Source: an uncultured bacterium
Lineage (GTDB): Bacteria > Krumholzibacteriota > Krumholzibacteriia > Krumholzibacteriales > Krumholzibacteriaceae
NCBI GenBank assembly: GCA_963813815.1
Contig: CAWFAD010000011.1
Coordinates: 194,285 to 258,284 of the forward strand
Direction: 5' to 3'
DNA: 64,000 nucleotides
Numbering within the stretch: position 1 is the first letter of the stretch; each line of letters begins with the position of its first letter. The notes under the pieces were generated by a model, which did no database searches, had not been told where the DNA came from, and saw nothing but the letters and a program-made list of their open reading frames with translations. Shown here piece by piece: positions 38,875-53,583 of this stretch. The translations under genes were made by a program, and so were the position numbers.

Positions 38875-39972
38875 CTAGAAAAGCTCCCGCAGCGTCTCGA
38901 TGAACTTGCGGTTTTCGTACGGCGTCCCGATCGTGACGCGGAAACTCTGCTCTCCGTAGCCGAAGGGTTTCATGTCCCGCACGATGATGCCGCGGTCCAT
39001 GAGCTGTTCGACGATCGCCCCGCATCCCTGCGGCGGCACGGCGAGGAGAAAGTTCGTTTGAGCGGGCGGGACGGTGAAGCCGAGCTTCTGGAGCTCCTCG
39101 CGCACGTAGCGAAGCTCCTCGTGGTTTTCCCTGACCCGGGGGGCGAGCCGGTCCAGGTGCCTGAGGGCCGCGAGACCGGCGGCCTGCGCGAGGCTGCTTA
39201 CGTTGAAGGGTTGCCGGACCTTGTGCAGACAGGTGACGACGTCCTCGTGCGAGATGGAGTAGCCGACGCGAAGCCCCGATAGGCTGTGAATCTTCGAGAA
39301 GGTGCGCGTGACGATCACGTTGGGCCGTCCGGCCAGCAGCGCGACCGAGTCCGGATAGTCCTCGGCCGTCACGTACTCGTAATACGCCTCGTCGAAGGCG
39401 ACGAGAACGTCGTCCGAAAGCCCGTCGAGAAACTGGTGCACCTCCTGCGCCGAAACGTACGTTCCCGTCGGATTGTTCGGATTGCAGACGAAAACGATCT
39501 TCGTCTTCCGAGTCACGGCGGCGCGCAGGGCCCGCATGTCGAGCCGGTAATCCCGCAGCGGCACCTCCACGGCGCGGACGCCGGCGAGCTGCGCCACGAT
39601 CGGATAGACGATGAAGCTCGGCCACGGGTAGACGATCTCCTCCCCCGGCCCCGCGAACGCGCGCACGAGCAGATCGAGGATCTCGTTGGAACCGTTGCCG
39701 ACGAAGATCTGCGCCGGCTTCACTCCGTGATGCGCGGCGAGCGCGTTGCAGAGATGGAAACAGCCGGAGTTCGGGTAGCGATTGGCCTGGGAGAGCTCGT
39801 CGACGATCGCCTGCCGGATCTCGTCGATCGGTTCATAGGGGTTCTCGTTCGAGGCGAGCTTGACGATCTCTCCCTCGATGTTTCTCTCCCTGCGAAGCTC
39901 CTCGATCGGCTTGCCCGGCACGTACGGCTTCACGTTTCGAAGATGCGGCTGCATGAGATCCATTATCGACAT
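38875..39972 (-). CDS. hisC: Histidinol-phosphate aminotransferase
   Basis: YVPGK, KLASNENP, GNGSNE, NPNNPTG, DEAY and RTFSK..GLRVG. Confidence 0.94.
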   Translation of the reverse strand: MSIMDLMQPHLRNVKPYVPGKPIEELRRERNIEGEIVKLASNENPYEPIDEIRQAIVDELSQANRYPNSGCFHLCNALAAHHGVKPAQIFVGNGSNEILDLLVRAFAGPGEEIVYPWPSFIVYPIVAQLAGVRAVEVPLRDYRLDMRALRAAVTRKTKIVFVCNPNNPTGTYVSAQEVHQFLDGLSDDVLVAFDEAYYEYVTAEDYPDSVALLAGRPNVIVTRTFSKIHSLSGLRVGYSISHEDVVTCLHKVRQPFNVSSLAQAAGLAALRHLDRLAPRVRENHEELRYVREELQKLGFTVPPAQTNFLLAVPPQGCGAIVEQLMDRGIIVRDMKPFGYGEQSFRVTIGTPYENRKFIETLRELF

Positions 39973-40730
39973 GGCGGTGGTTCCTCCCCTTCCTGCTGCA
40001 ATCCGGCGAGCTCCCGGAGCCGCCGTTCCTCCTCCTCGGTGAGGGCCCGCATGCGGCCCGGCTCGACGTCGTCGAACGCGAGGTCTCCGAGCGCCGTCCG
40101 CTCGAGCGCCTCGACGGGATGCCCGTGGAGGGCGAACATTCTGCGGATCTGCCGCTTGCGCCCCTCGCGCAGGCGCACGCGGAGAACGCTCCTGCCGCCG
40201 GAACGCTCGAGAACCTCGATCCCGCAGGGCTGCGTGCGGCAATCGCCGAGATCGACGCCGGCGGCGATCCGGCCGGCCTCCGCCCCGCTCACGTTTCCCC
40301 GAACCTCCACGCGGTAGGTCTTCTCGAATTTGAAGCGCGGATGCGTGAGGCGATACGACAGGTCGCCGTCGTTCGTGAGAATCAAAATCCCCGACGTATC
40401 GAAATCGAGCCTCCCCACGGGAAACAGACGCCCCTCGTATCCGTGCTCCCGCACGATGTCCATGACCGTTCTCCGGCCGTGCGTGTCGGTCACCGTGCTG
40501 AGCACTCCGGTCGGTTTCTTGAGCACGAACACGCGCCGGGGAGCGCCCGCGCTCACCGCGCGTCCATCCACGGCGACGGCATCCGCCTCGGTGTCGACGA
40601 TCGCGGCGAGCTTTTCGACGGGAGCCCCGTTGACCGACACGGCCCCGCTCCGTATGAGATCCTCGCAGGCGCGACGAGAGCCGAATCCCGCCGTGGCGAG
40701 ATACCGGTTGATCCTCATGCGCGGGCTCAT
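39963..40730 (-). CDS. rluB: rRNA pseudouridine synthase (RluB/RsuA family)
   Basis: S4 domain, PVGRLD..SG..LTNDG and EGRKRQIRRM; follows scpB. Confidence 0.88.
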   Translation of the reverse strand: MSPRMRINRYLATAGFGSRRACEDLIRSGAVSVNGAPVEKLAAIVDTEADAVAVDGRAVSAGAPRRVFVLKKPTGVLSTVTDTHGRRTVMDIVREHGYEGRLFPVGRLDFDTSGILILTNDGDLSYRLTHPRFKFEKTYRVEVRGNVSGAEAGRIAAGVDLGDCRTQPCGIEVLERSGGRSVLRVRLREGRKRQIRRMFALHGHPVEALERTALGDLAFDDVEPGRMRALTEEEERRLRELAGLQQEGEEPPPCR

Positions 40731-41377
40731 GCCTCGGCGCCGCCGGGCGCGCCCGCGTTCTCCGCGGGCGGCGGCACGAGCGGCTTCTCGACCAACTCCT
40801 CGAGGGCGAAACGCTTCTCGAGATCCTCGATGCTCGGAAGGTCGCGGAAATCCTTCAGCCCCAGATACTCGAGAAACGTCTTCGTGGTCGAGTAGAGAAA
40901 CGGCTTCCCGAGGCCCTCGCCCCTGCCGCTGATCGCGATGAGCTCGCGCTCGGCGAGCGTCACGAGCACGCCCTCGCAGTTCACCCCGCGGATCGCCTCG
41001 ATCTGCATCCGGCTGATCGGCTGCTTGTACGCGATGATCGCGAGCGTCTCCAGCGCGGGTTGCGTCAGGCGCGCTTTCTTTTTGCCCTTGAAGAGCTGCG
41101 ACACGATCGCCGCGAACTCCGGCAGCGTCGCGAGCTGGTATCCTCCCGCGACCTCGACGATCGCGAAGGAACGCCCCGTTTCCCGGTAGAGCGCCGAGAG
41201 CGAGCCGAGCGCCTCGATCACGGGACGCCCCGAGGCGGCGCCGGTGATGGCCGCGATCCTCGCGGCCGACAGCGGCGTGTCCGACGCGAAGAGCAGCGCC
41301 TCGACGGCGCGCTCGAACTGCCCGCGGTCTCCGTCGGTTCCGGTCTCGTCAGTCATGCTTCGAACCACCCGTTTCAC
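40727..41377 (-). CDS. scpB: SMC-Scp complex subunit ScpB
   Basis: EALLFAS, ALETLAIIAYKQP, IRGV and FLEYLGL. Confidence 0.94.
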   Translation of the reverse strand: MKRVVRSMTDETGTDGDRGQFERAVEALLFASDTPLSAARIAAITGAASGRPVIEALGSLSALYRETGRSFAIVEVAGGYQLATLPEFAAIVSQLFKGKKKARLTQPALETLAIIAYKQPISRMQIEAIRGVNCEGVLVTLAERELIAISGRGEGLGKPFLYSTTKTFLEYLGLKDFRDLPSIEDLEKRFALEELVEKPLVPPPAENAGAPGGAEA

Positions 41378-42098
41378 TATACGTTCGTGATGCCGGCCTG
41401 TAAAGCCAGATGTCCTCTCCGTGCGAGAGCTGCCGCGCGCTGAGGGCGCCCCGCTTTACCATCTCGAGGATCGCGAGAAACGTGACGATGATCTCGATGC
41501 GCGTGTGCTCCCCGGCGAAGAGCTCGGAGAAGAGCACCTCGGATCGGCTCTCGAGCGCGGCGGAGATCGCCTCGATCTTTTCATCGACCGTCACGGCCTC
41601 GGGAATGATGCGGTAGATCGACCGCGTCTTGAGGTTATTGAAGACCGCCTGGAACGCCTCGACGAGATCGAAAATCGTCACGTCCGGTCCCTCGTCCACG
41701 CGAGGCTCTTCGGCCTCGGGCGGAGGCGGGGGCGTGCGCGTGAAAACGTGCCGTCGCTCCTCTTCCTTGGCCGCGAGGCACTGCGCCGCTTCCTTGTACG
41801 TTCGATACTCGAGGAGATTGCGAACGAGCTCGTCGCGCGGGTCTTCCTCTTCCTCGCCCGTTCCCTCGCGGCGCGGCAGGAGCATTTGCGATTTGATCCG
41901 CATGAGGGTCGCCGCCATGACGAAAAACTCGCCGGCTACCTCGAGCTCGAGCTCCTGCATGATCTCGATGTAGCCCAGATACTCGCGCGTGATGCGCGAG
42001 ATGGGGATGTCGTAGATGTTGATTTTGTCGCGTCGAATGAGATGCAGAAGGAGGTCCAGGGGACCCTCGAACAGCGTCAAACGAACATGATATGTCAT
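41349..42098 (-). CDS. scpA: Segregation and condensation protein ScpA
   Basis: FEGPLDLLLHLI, IKSQMLLP and FLAILEM. Confidence 0.94.
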   Translation of the reverse strand: MTYHVRLTLFEGPLDLLLHLIRRDKINIYDIPISRITREYLGYIEIMQELELEVAGEFFVMAATLMRIKSQMLLPRREGTGEEEEDPRDELVRNLLEYRTYKEAAQCLAAKEEERRHVFTRTPPPPPEAEEPRVDEGPDVTIFDLVEAFQAVFNNLKTRSIYRIIPEAVTVDEKIEAISAALESRSEVLFSELFAGEHTRIEIIVTFLAILEMVKRGALSARQLSHGEDIWLYRPASRTYSETGGSKHD

Positions 42099-42235
42099 TG
42101 CGCCGTCTCCCGCTCCGCGCCCGTCGCCTCGCCGCAACGGGCTCATTCGAAATAGGTTACAAAAATCGATTCATGCTATGGCAACGGGCTCCGCCTGTCA
42201 ATGCTTTCCTTGGGGAGCCGTGCACGCCGCCCCCT

Positions 42236-43122
42236 TCATCCCCGCGGGTGGAAGGTGCGGTGCACCTCGAGGAGGTAATCCATGTCGAGCTTCGTGTAGA
42301 TCTGCGTCGTCGCGATGCTCGAATGCCCGAGCAGCTCCTGCACCGCCCGAAGATCGGCTCCCCCCTCGAGCAGATGCGTGGCGAACGAATGTCGCAGCGT
42401 GTGGGGCGTGACGCGCCCGCCGAGGCCGCAGATGGCGGCGTACTTGCCGAGCAACTTCCAGAACCCGACGCGCGAGAGGGGCTTTCCCGCGTAGTTGAGG
42501 AACACGAAGGAAGACACCCCCTTTCGCAGCAGCTCCGGCCGCGCATCGGCGAGATAGCGATCGAGGGACGCGGCCGCGCTCCGTCCATAGGGGATGAATC
42601 TCTCCTTGTTCCCCTTCCCCCGCACGCGAACGAGGCGCTCGGCGCGATCGATCTGCCCCATCGAGAGGCGGCAGAGCTCGGAAACGCGCATCCCCGTCGA
42701 GTAGTCGAGCTCGAGAAGGGCGCGGTCCCTCAAGCCGAGAACGCTCGAATCGGGCGCATCGATGAGCCGCTCGATCTCGTGCGGGGCCAGCACGAAGGGA
42801 ATCTTGCGCCGGATGCGGGGTGCGGCGAGCCCCTCGCTCCCCGCCGGGTCGATCTCGCCCTCGTCGCAGAGAAATCGGTGAAAGCCCTTGATCGCCGAAA
42901 GAAGGCGCGCCCGCGACGGCGCGCTCTTCCTTCTTTCCTCGAGGGCGAGGTAAGCGATGGTCGATTCAAGGGTGATCCCATCGAGCGATCCGCCGGAAAC
43001 CTCTTTCATGTACATGAAGTAGTTTTTCAGGTCATACGCGTATGCCGATAGCGTGGCTTCGCTTAGCCCTCTCTCAACGAGGAGATGATCGTAGTATCGC
43101 ACCGCCGCCTTCTCGACTTGAT
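42236..43122 (-). CDS. xerD: Tyrosine recombinase XerD-like (native start lost at the junction)
   Basis: ERGLS..T..AY..DL, RDRALLEL.YSTGMRVSEL, GKG.KER, PHTLRHSFATHLL, LLGH...TTQIY. Confidence 0.9.
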
Positions 43123-43125
43123 CAC
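43110..43125. other. Junction between two unrelated genomes (probable chimera)
   Basis: yceH is cut mid-gene into the xerD N-terminus; codon style and frameshift rate change abruptly; mutL occurs on both sides. Confidence 0.9.
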
Positions 43126-43348
43126 GCGGCTGCTGCTGCCTTCGAACACCAGGCTCGAGGCCCTTCAGGCCGTCGACCGCGGTCAGGACCTCGGCGTCGG
43201 TGGCCTCGATGACCGGGACCCGCGCCGTCTTCTGGTTGCAGCCGGCGACCAGCGAGTTCAGCGACAGCGGGTAGGTGTCGGGGACGGTGTGCTGCTTTTC
43301 CACCAGCACGCCGAGCACGCGGGCTTCGAGCGGAGTCAGGGTACGCAA
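43120..43348 (-). pseudogene. YceH/DUF480 family protein, N-terminal fragment
   Basis: LTPLEARVLGVLVEKQHTVPDTYPLSLNSLVAGCNQKT; truncated after ...GSSSRV. Confidence 0.88.
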
Positions 43349-43352
43349 TTGT

Positions 43353-44135
43353 TCAGACTCCGAAACCGTCGTCGGCAGCGATCACCGCCCCGTTCACGAA
43401 GTGACTTTCGTTGGCGCACAACATCACCAGCGCGGCGTCCAGATCCTGCGGCTTGCCGACGCGCTTCCTCGGCAGCATCTGCACCAGTTTCTGGCCGGCT
43501 TCGGTCTGCCAGTGGTGGTGGTTGATCTCGGTGTCGATGTAGCCCGGGCACAGGGCGTTGACGTTGATGCCGTAACGGCCCCACTCCAGCGCCATCGCCT
43601 TGGTCATGTGGATCACGGCCGCCTTGCTCATCGCGTAGACGCCGATCTGGCCGAACGCGCGCAGGCCGGCCATCGAAGCGATGTTGACGATGCGCCCGCC
43701 GGTGAAGGTGCCCGGCGCCGCGCCCTTGCTGCGCGCGATCATGCGCTTGGCGACCTCCTGCGCCACGAAGAACGCGCCGCGGGCGTTGGTGTTCATCACG
43801 TGGTCGTAGTCCTCGGGGGTCACTTCGGTGAGCCTTTGCGTGCTGCCCACACCCGAGTTGTTGACCAGGATGTCGATGGTGCCCATCTCGGTCTCGGCGT
43901 GCGCGATGGCCGCGCGGATGCTGTCGTTGTCGGTCACGTCCATGCCGACGACATGGGCGTCGCCGTCGTTGGCCTCGATCTCGGCACGCAGGGTCTTCAG
44001 CCGTTCGATGCGGCGCGCGGCCAGGACCACGCCGGCACCGGCCGCCGCCAGCGTCCTGGCGAACTGCGCGCCCAGGCCGCTGGAGGCGCCGGTAATCAGT
44101 GCCACGCGGCCAGCGAGATCGATCTGGTAAGCCAT
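43353..44135 (-). CDS. Short-chain dehydrogenase/reductase
   Basis: TGASSGLG, NNSG, YAMSK and CPGYIDT. Confidence 0.93.
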   Translation of the reverse strand: MAYQIDLAGRVALITGASSGLGAQFARTLAAAGAGVVLAARRIERLKTLRAEIEANDGDAHVVGMDVTDNDSIRAAIAHAETEMGTIDILVNNSGVGSTQRLTEVTPEDYDHVMNTNARGAFFVAQEVAKRMIARSKGAAPGTFTGGRIVNIASMAGLRAFGQIGVYAMSKAAVIHMTKAMALEWGRYGINVNALCPGYIDTEINHHHWQTEAGQKLVQMLPRKRVGKPQDLDAALVMLCANESHFVNGAVIAADDGFGV

Positions 44136-44249
44136 CCAGTTCCCCTTCGATGCCGTCCGCAGCTTGCAGCATGCGCGCGCCGCGGCTGTGCACTTCACGA
44201 TATCACGCGCCCATAGAATCGTCGCGTTCGTCGACTGCCCCAGGCTGCC

Positions 44250-45945
44250 ATGACACCACAGGAAATCCTCGCCCAGTACGGACCGCGTGAAGCCATGGAA
44301 TATGACGTGGTCGTCGTCGGCGCGGGGCCCGCGGGCCTGGCCTGCGCGATCCGGCTGAAGCAGCTGGCCGCGTTCGAAGGCAAGGAGATCTCGGTCGTCG
44401 TGCTGGAAAAGGGCTCCGAGCCCGGCGCCCACACTTGTCGGGTGCGGTGATGGACCCGCGCGCGATGGCCGAGTTGTTCCTCGACTGGCGCGAGCGTGGC
44501 GCACCGCTCAATCAGCGCGTGGAGGCCGACGAGGTGCTCTGGCTGCGGTGAACACAAGGCCTGGCGCACGCCCGGTTTCCTCGTCCCCGACTGCCTGCAC
44601 AACGGCGGCAACTACATCGTCAGCCTCGGCGCCGTGACCAAGTGGCTGGCCGAACAGGCCGAGGCGCTGGGCGTCGAGATCTTCCCGGGCTTCGCCGCGG
44701 CCGAGGTGCTGTTCGGCGCCGACGGCTCGCGTCAAGGGCGTGGCCACCGGCAACCTGGGCGTCGGCAAGGACGGCCAGCCGCACGAGGGCTTTCAGCTCG
44801 GCATGGAACTGCACGGCGCGCTACACCGTGTTTGCCGAAGGCGCGCGCGGCCACCTGGGCAAGCAGGTCATCGCGCGCTACCGGCTCGACGGCGGCACGC
44901 GACCCGCAGAGCTACGCGCTCGGCATCAAGGAGTTGTGGGAAATCGACCCGGCCAAGGCCCGGCCCGGCCTGGTCGTGCACACCGCCGGCTGGCCGATGG
45001 ACAGACGCACCTATGGCGGCGGCTTCCTCTATCACCTGGAAGGCAACCAGGTCACGCTCGGCTTGGTCACCGGCCTGGACTACCAGCAACCCGTGGCTGT
45101 CGCCCGTTCGAGGAGATGCAGCGCTGGAAGACGCACCCGTCGATTCGCGCGCACATCGAAGGCGGCAAGCGCATCGGCTACGGCGCACGCGCCATCACCG
45201 CCGGCGGCCTGCTCAGCCTGCCCAAGCTGGTCTTCCCGGGCGGCGCGCTGGTCGGCTGCGATGCCGGAACGCTCAATGCCGCGCGCATCAAGGGCAGCCA
45301 CGCGGCGATGAAGTCCGGCATGCTGTGCGCCGAGGCCCTGTACGAAGCCGTCGTCAAGCAGGACCGCCGCCACGACGAACTCAAGGCCTACCCGGAAGCC
45401 TTTCGTGCCAGCTGGCTGTGGGACGAGTTGAACGGCGCGCGCAACTTCAAGCAGTGGTTCAAGTGGGGCAACCTCGTCGGCGCCCTGATGACCGGCATCG
45501 AACATTGGCTGCTGCCCAAGCTCGGCATCAAGAGCGCGCCCGTGGACGATGCACCGCGACCAGCCCGACCACGTGCGCCTGAAGCCGGCGGCCGAATGCA
45601 CGCAGATCGACTACCCCAAGCCCGACGGCGTGCTGACCTTCGACCGCCTGTCGTCGGTCTTCATCAGCAACACCAACCACGAGGAGAACCAGCCGTCGCA
45701 CCTGACGTTGGTCGATGCCAAGGTGCCGGTGGCCACCAATCTGGCCCGGTACGCCGGCCCCGAGAGCCGCTATTGCCCGGCCGGCGTCTATGAGTTCGTG
45801 AAGACCGACGACGGCGAGCGACCGCCTGCAGATCAACGCGCAGAACTGCGTGCACTGCAAGACCTGCGACATCAAGGATCCGACGCAGAACATCGTCTGG
45901 GTCACGCCGGAGGGCGGCGGCGGGCCGAACTACGCCGGGATGTGA
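44250..45945 (+). CDS. Electron transfer flavoprotein-ubiquinone oxidoreductase (multiple frameshifts)
   Basis: [40 protein letters not shown] and [20 protein letters not shown] across frames. Confidence 0.93.
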
Positions 45946-46030
45946 GCTCACGCACAGCGCCTTGTCGCCGATCAGACCGGGGCACCACCGGCTGTGAAGT
46001 CCGGCGGCACGCGCTGCTACACTGCCGCCC

Positions 46031-46261
46031 GCCAGGAGAGAGCCCGCCGACTTTGCAAGTCAGCGGGCCGCCGAAGGCGAAGCCGCGGTGCAGCAAGCCG
46101 CGGTCTAACGCTCAGGCAAAAGGACTGGCAAACGCCTGCGGAATGGCAGGCGTGACCTCACTGGAGAGAGGCTGCGCCCGACGCAGCCCACCGAAGGGGC
46201 AAGCGGCCGTTCGCTCGAAGGGCGACGCCGCCAATCTCTCAGGTAAAGCGGACAGCGAGGG
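46031..46261 (+). promoter_or_regulatory. Tandem glycine riboswitch
   Basis: Two aptamers, each GGAGAG...CCGAAGG...CTCAGG(C/T)AAA..GGAC, directly upstream of gcvT. Confidence 0.95.
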
Positions 46262-46325
46262 CCCACGGATCGCCACGGCGACTACAGTCGTGGCGGCGAC
46301 GTCGAAGCCCTCGGGAGAATCCGTC

Positions 46326-47436
46326 ATGTCCGCCGACCTTCAACGCACCCCGCTGCACGACCTGCACCTCGAACTGGGCGCCAAGATGGTGCCCTTCGCC
46401 GGCTATGCGATGCCGGTCAACTACCCCGGCGGCATCATTGCCGAGCACCGCCACTGCCGCGAATCGGCGGCACTGTTCGATGTCTCGCACATGGGCCAGT
46501 TGCGGCTGGTCGGCAGCGACGCTGCCGCGGCGCTCGAATCCCTGGTGCCGGTCGATGTGATCGACCTGCCGGTCGGCAAACAGCGCTACGCGCTCTTCAC
46601 GAATGCCGCCGGCGGCATCCTCGACGACTTGATGATCGCGCGCGGCAAGGACGACTTGTTCGTCGTCGTCAATGCGGCCTGCAAGGAGGCCGACACCAAG
46701 CACCTGATGACGCACATCGGCCACCGCTGCCAGGTCGTGCCGCTGCCCGATCGCGCGCTGCTGGCGCTGCAGGGGCAGAAGGCGGTCAAGGCGCTGGCGC
46801 GGCTGGCCGAAGGCGTGGCGGCTTGACCTTCATGACCGGCGACAGTTCACGCTGGCCGGCGCCGACTGCTTCGTCACGCGCAGCGGCTACACCGGCGAAG
46901 ACGGCTTCGAGATCTCGGTGCCGGCCGACGCCGCGGTGGACGCTGGCCAGGGCCCTGCTGGCGCAGCCCGAGGTCAAGCCCGCCGGCCTGGGCGCGCGCG
47001 ACACGCTGCGCCTGGAGGCCGGCCTGTGCCTGTACGGCCACGACATCAACGAACAGACCACGCCGGTCGAAGCCGGCCTGACCTGGGCGATCCAGAAGGT
47101 GCGCCGGCCGGGCGGCGCGCGCGCCGGCCACTACCCGGGCGCTGACAAGATCGCAGCCAGCTGGCCAGCGGCGTGCAGATCAAGCGCGTGGGCCTGCTCG
47201 GCCTCGAGCGCATTCCGGTGCGCGAAGGCGCGATCCTGGTCGATGCGCACGGCCACAAGCTCGGTCACGTGACCAGCGGCACGCTGGCGCCCACCGTGAA
47301 CCAGCCGATCGCCATGGCCTACCTGGCCGCCAACCACGCCATCATCAACCACGAGGTCTACGCCGAGGTGCGCGGCAAGCGCCAGCCGATGCGTGTGACC
47401 GCCCTGCCCTTCGTGCCGCCCGGCTACGTCCGCTAG
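46326..47436 (+). CDS. gcvT: Glycine cleavage aminomethyltransferase T (frameshifted)
   Basis: [27 protein letters not shown] and [14 protein letters not shown]. Confidence 0.95.
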
Positions 47437-47474
47437 CCACATCCATCACCCCACCCAACGAGGAGAAGCACCTC

Positions 47475-47849
47475 ATGACGACCATGTTCACGCCCGACCA
47501 CGAGTGGATCAACATCGAAGACCACGAAGCCGCCGTCGTCGGCATCACGCTGCACGCGCAGGATGCCCTCGGCGACGTGGTCTTCGTCGATCTGCCCGAG
47601 GTCGGCAGGACCTACAAGAAGGGCGACGTGGTCGGCGTCGTCGAGTCGGTCAAGGCCGCGGCCGACATCTACATGCCGGTCGAGGGCGAGGTGGTCGAGG
47701 TCAACGAGAGCCTGCGCGCCGACCCGGCGCTGGCCAACAGCGACCCGATGGGCAATGGCTGGTTCTTCAAGGTCCATGTCACGCACATGGAGCAGTTCGA
47801 CCAGTTGCTCGACCCGCCGGGCTACGACGCGCTGCTCAAGACGCTCTGA
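47475..47849 (+). CDS. gcvH: Glycine cleavage H protein
   Basis: [23 protein letters not shown] and GWFFK. Confidence 0.96.
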   Translation: MTTMFTPDHEWINIEDHEAAVVGITLHAQDALGDVVFVDLPEVGRTYKKGDVVGVVESVKAAADIYMPVEGEVVEVNESLRADPALANSDPMGNGWFFKVHVTHMEQFDQLLDPPGYDALLKTL

Positions 47850-47881
47850 TCCCATCGCCCCGCCGCCAGGAAGGTCGCTCC

Positions 47882-50808
<2,927 letters not shown>

Positions 50809-50819
50809 CAGGCCAGACG

Positions 50820-52217
50820 ATGGCGGTCTCGGTCTTCGACCTGTTCAAGATCGGCATCGGCCCGAGCAGTTCGCACACCGTGGGGCCGATGCGCGCGGCG
50901 CGGCTGTTCGCGCTGCGCCTGGCGCATGACGGTCTGCTCGACGCGCACGGCGCGCGTGCAGTCGCAGCTGTACGGCTCGCTCGGCGCCACCGGCAAGGGC
51001 CACGGCAGCGACAAGGCGGTGCTGCTCGGGCTGGCCGGGCATGAGCCCGACAGCGTCGACATCGAGGCCATCCCGGCGCTGCTCGACGCGCATGCGCAGC
51101 GCAGCGCCGCCTGCGCCTGCATGGCGGCCACGAGGTCGCCTTCGACGAAGCAGGCCGATCTGATCTTCCACCGCCGCGAAACCCTGCCCTTCCACGCCAA
51201 CGGCATGCGCTTCATCGCCTTCGACGCGGCCGGCGGCGAACTCGCCAACCGCTGCTACTACTCGGTCGGCGGCGGCTTCGTCGTCAGCGACGAGGTCGCC
51301 GCCGACGGCTCCAGGCAGAAGGTGATCGCGCCCGACACCACCGTGCTGGCGCACCCCTTCCACAGCGGCGACGACTTGCTGCGCGCTGAGCATCGACACC
51401 GGCCTGTCGATCGCGGAGGTGATGCGCGACAACGAGCGCCACTGGCGCAGCGACGCCGAGATCGACGCCGGCCTGCTGCGCATCTGGGCACGTGATGCAG
51501 GACTGCGTGGCGCGCGGCTGCAGCGACCGACGGCGTGCTGCCCGGCGGCTTCAAGGTGCGACGGCGCGCCGCGCCGCTGTATCGCGACCTGACCGCGAAC
51601 CCCGAGGCCGCGCTGCGCGACCCGCTGCAGGTGATGGACTGGGTCAACCTGTATGCGCTGGCGGTCAACGAGGAGAACGCCGCCGGCGGGCGTGTCGTCA
51701 CGGCACCGACCAACGGCGCGGCCGGCATCGTTCCCGCGGTGCTGCACTACTACACGCGCTTCGTCCACGGCAGCAACGACCACGGCGTGATCGACTTCCT
51801 GCTCACCGCCGCGGCGATCGGCATCCTCTACAAGGAAAACGCCAGCATCAGCGGCGCCGAGGTCGGCTGCCAGGGCGAGGTCGGCGTGGCCTGTTCGATG
51901 GCCGCCGGCGCGCTGTGCGCCGTGATGGGCGGCAGCCCGAGCAGGTCGAGAACGCCGCCGAGATCGGCATGGAGCATCACCTCGGGCTGACCTGCGACCC
52001 GGTCGGCGGCCTGGTTCAGATCCCGTGCATCGAACGCAATGCCATCGCCTCGGTCAAGGCCATCAACGCCGCGCGCATGGCGCTGCGCGGCGACGGCACG
52101 CACCATGTCTCGCTCGACAAGGTCATCAAGACCATGCGCGAGACCGGCGCCGACATGCAGACCAAGTACAAGGAAACGGCGCGCGGCGGCCTGGCGGTCA
52201 ACATCGTCGAGTGTTGA
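50820..52217 (+). CDS. sdaA: L-serine ammonia-lyase (frameshifted)
   Basis: [34 protein letters not shown] and [15 protein letters not shown]. Confidence 0.95.
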
Positions 52218-52308
52218 GCCCTGCCCCGCGGGGAAACGCTAGATTGCGTGCAAGGCCGCGCACCGGCACAGTGACTGGGCCGACAGCCGGCGCATCTGGA
52301 GTACTGCC

Positions 52309-53566
52309 ATGCAACGAATTCTTTCCACCTCACTCGGTCTCGTTGCTGCCGCGGTGGCCTCGGCATGCGCCCCGGCGCGCGCCGGCGAAGTCGAAGTGCT
52401 GCACTGGTGGACCAGCGGCGGCGAGGCCAAGGCCGCGGCGGCGCTGAAGGCGTCGATGCAGGCCAAGGGCCACACCTGGAAGGACTTCGCCGTGGCCGGC
52501 GGCGGCGGCGACGCCGCGATGACGGTGCTGAAGTCGCGCGTCGTCTCGGGCAACGCGCCGGCGGCCGCGCAGATCAAGGGCCCGCGCTCCAGGAGTGGGC
52601 CACGCGAAGGCGTGCTGGCCAACCTGGACGCCGTGGCCAAGGCCGAGAAGTGGGACGAGCTGCTGCCCAAGGTCGTCGCCGACGTCATGAAGTACAAGGG
52701 CAACTACGTCGCCGTGCCGGTCAACGTGCACCGCGTCAACTGGCTGTGGGCCAACCCGGCCGTGCTCAAGAAGGCCGGCGCCAAGCTGCCCACGACCTGG
52801 GACGAGTTCTTCGTCGCCGCCGAGGCGCTGAAGAAGGCCGGCGTGATCCCGGTCGCGCATGGCGGCCAGAACTGGCAGGACTTCACCACCTTCGAGATCC
52901 GTCGCGCTGGGCGTCGGCGGCGCCGAGTTCTACAAGAAGGCGCTGGTGCAGCTCGACCCGGCCCGCTGACGAGCCCGACGATGGAGAAGGTGCTGAAGAC
53001 CTTCAAGCGCATCAAGGACTACACCGACAAGAACGCCACCGGCCGCGACTGGAACCTGGCCACCGCGATGGTCATCAAGGGCGAGGCCGGCATGCAGCTC
53101 ATGGGCGACTGGGCCAAGGGCGAGTTCATCGCCGCCGGCAAGGTGCCGGGCAAGGACTTCGTCTGCGCGGCCGCGCCGGGCACCGCCAAGGCCTTCACCT
53201 TCAACGTCGACTCGTTCGCCATGTTCAAGCTGAAGAACGACGCCAAGCCGAAGGCGCAGAACGACCTGGCTGCCGCGATCATGGGCACCGAGTTCCAGGA
53301 GGTGTTCAACCTGAACAAGGGCTCGATCCCGGTGCGCCTGGGCATGAAGATGGACAAGTTCGACGACTGCGCCAAGCTCTCGGCGCAAGGACTTCGTCGA
53401 CGACGCCAAGAGCGGCGGCCTGGTGCCCTCGATCGCCCACGGCATGGCGGTGCCGCCGGCCGCCGAAGGCGCGATCAAGGACGTGGTCAGCCAGTTCTGG
53501 AACGACGACAAGATGACCGCCAAGGACGCGATGGCCAAGCTGGTGGCGGCGGCGAAGACGAAGTAA
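52309..53566 (+). CDS. Sugar ABC transporter substrate-binding protein (glucose/mannose GtsA-like; frameshifted)
   Basis: [29 protein letters not shown] and FNLNKGSIP. Confidence 0.9.
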
Positions 53567-53583
53567 GCCTCGGGGCGCGACGA

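Noticed and set aside
42236..43122. XerD as the integrase of a 21-kb island
   Set aside because: It sits in the usual xerD-scpA-scpB context and is itself truncated; the supposed cargo is another organism's core genes.
46824..46826. TGA inside gcvT as selenocysteine or readthrough
   Set aside because: The protein continues in another frame (TFMTG), so this is one of many indels.
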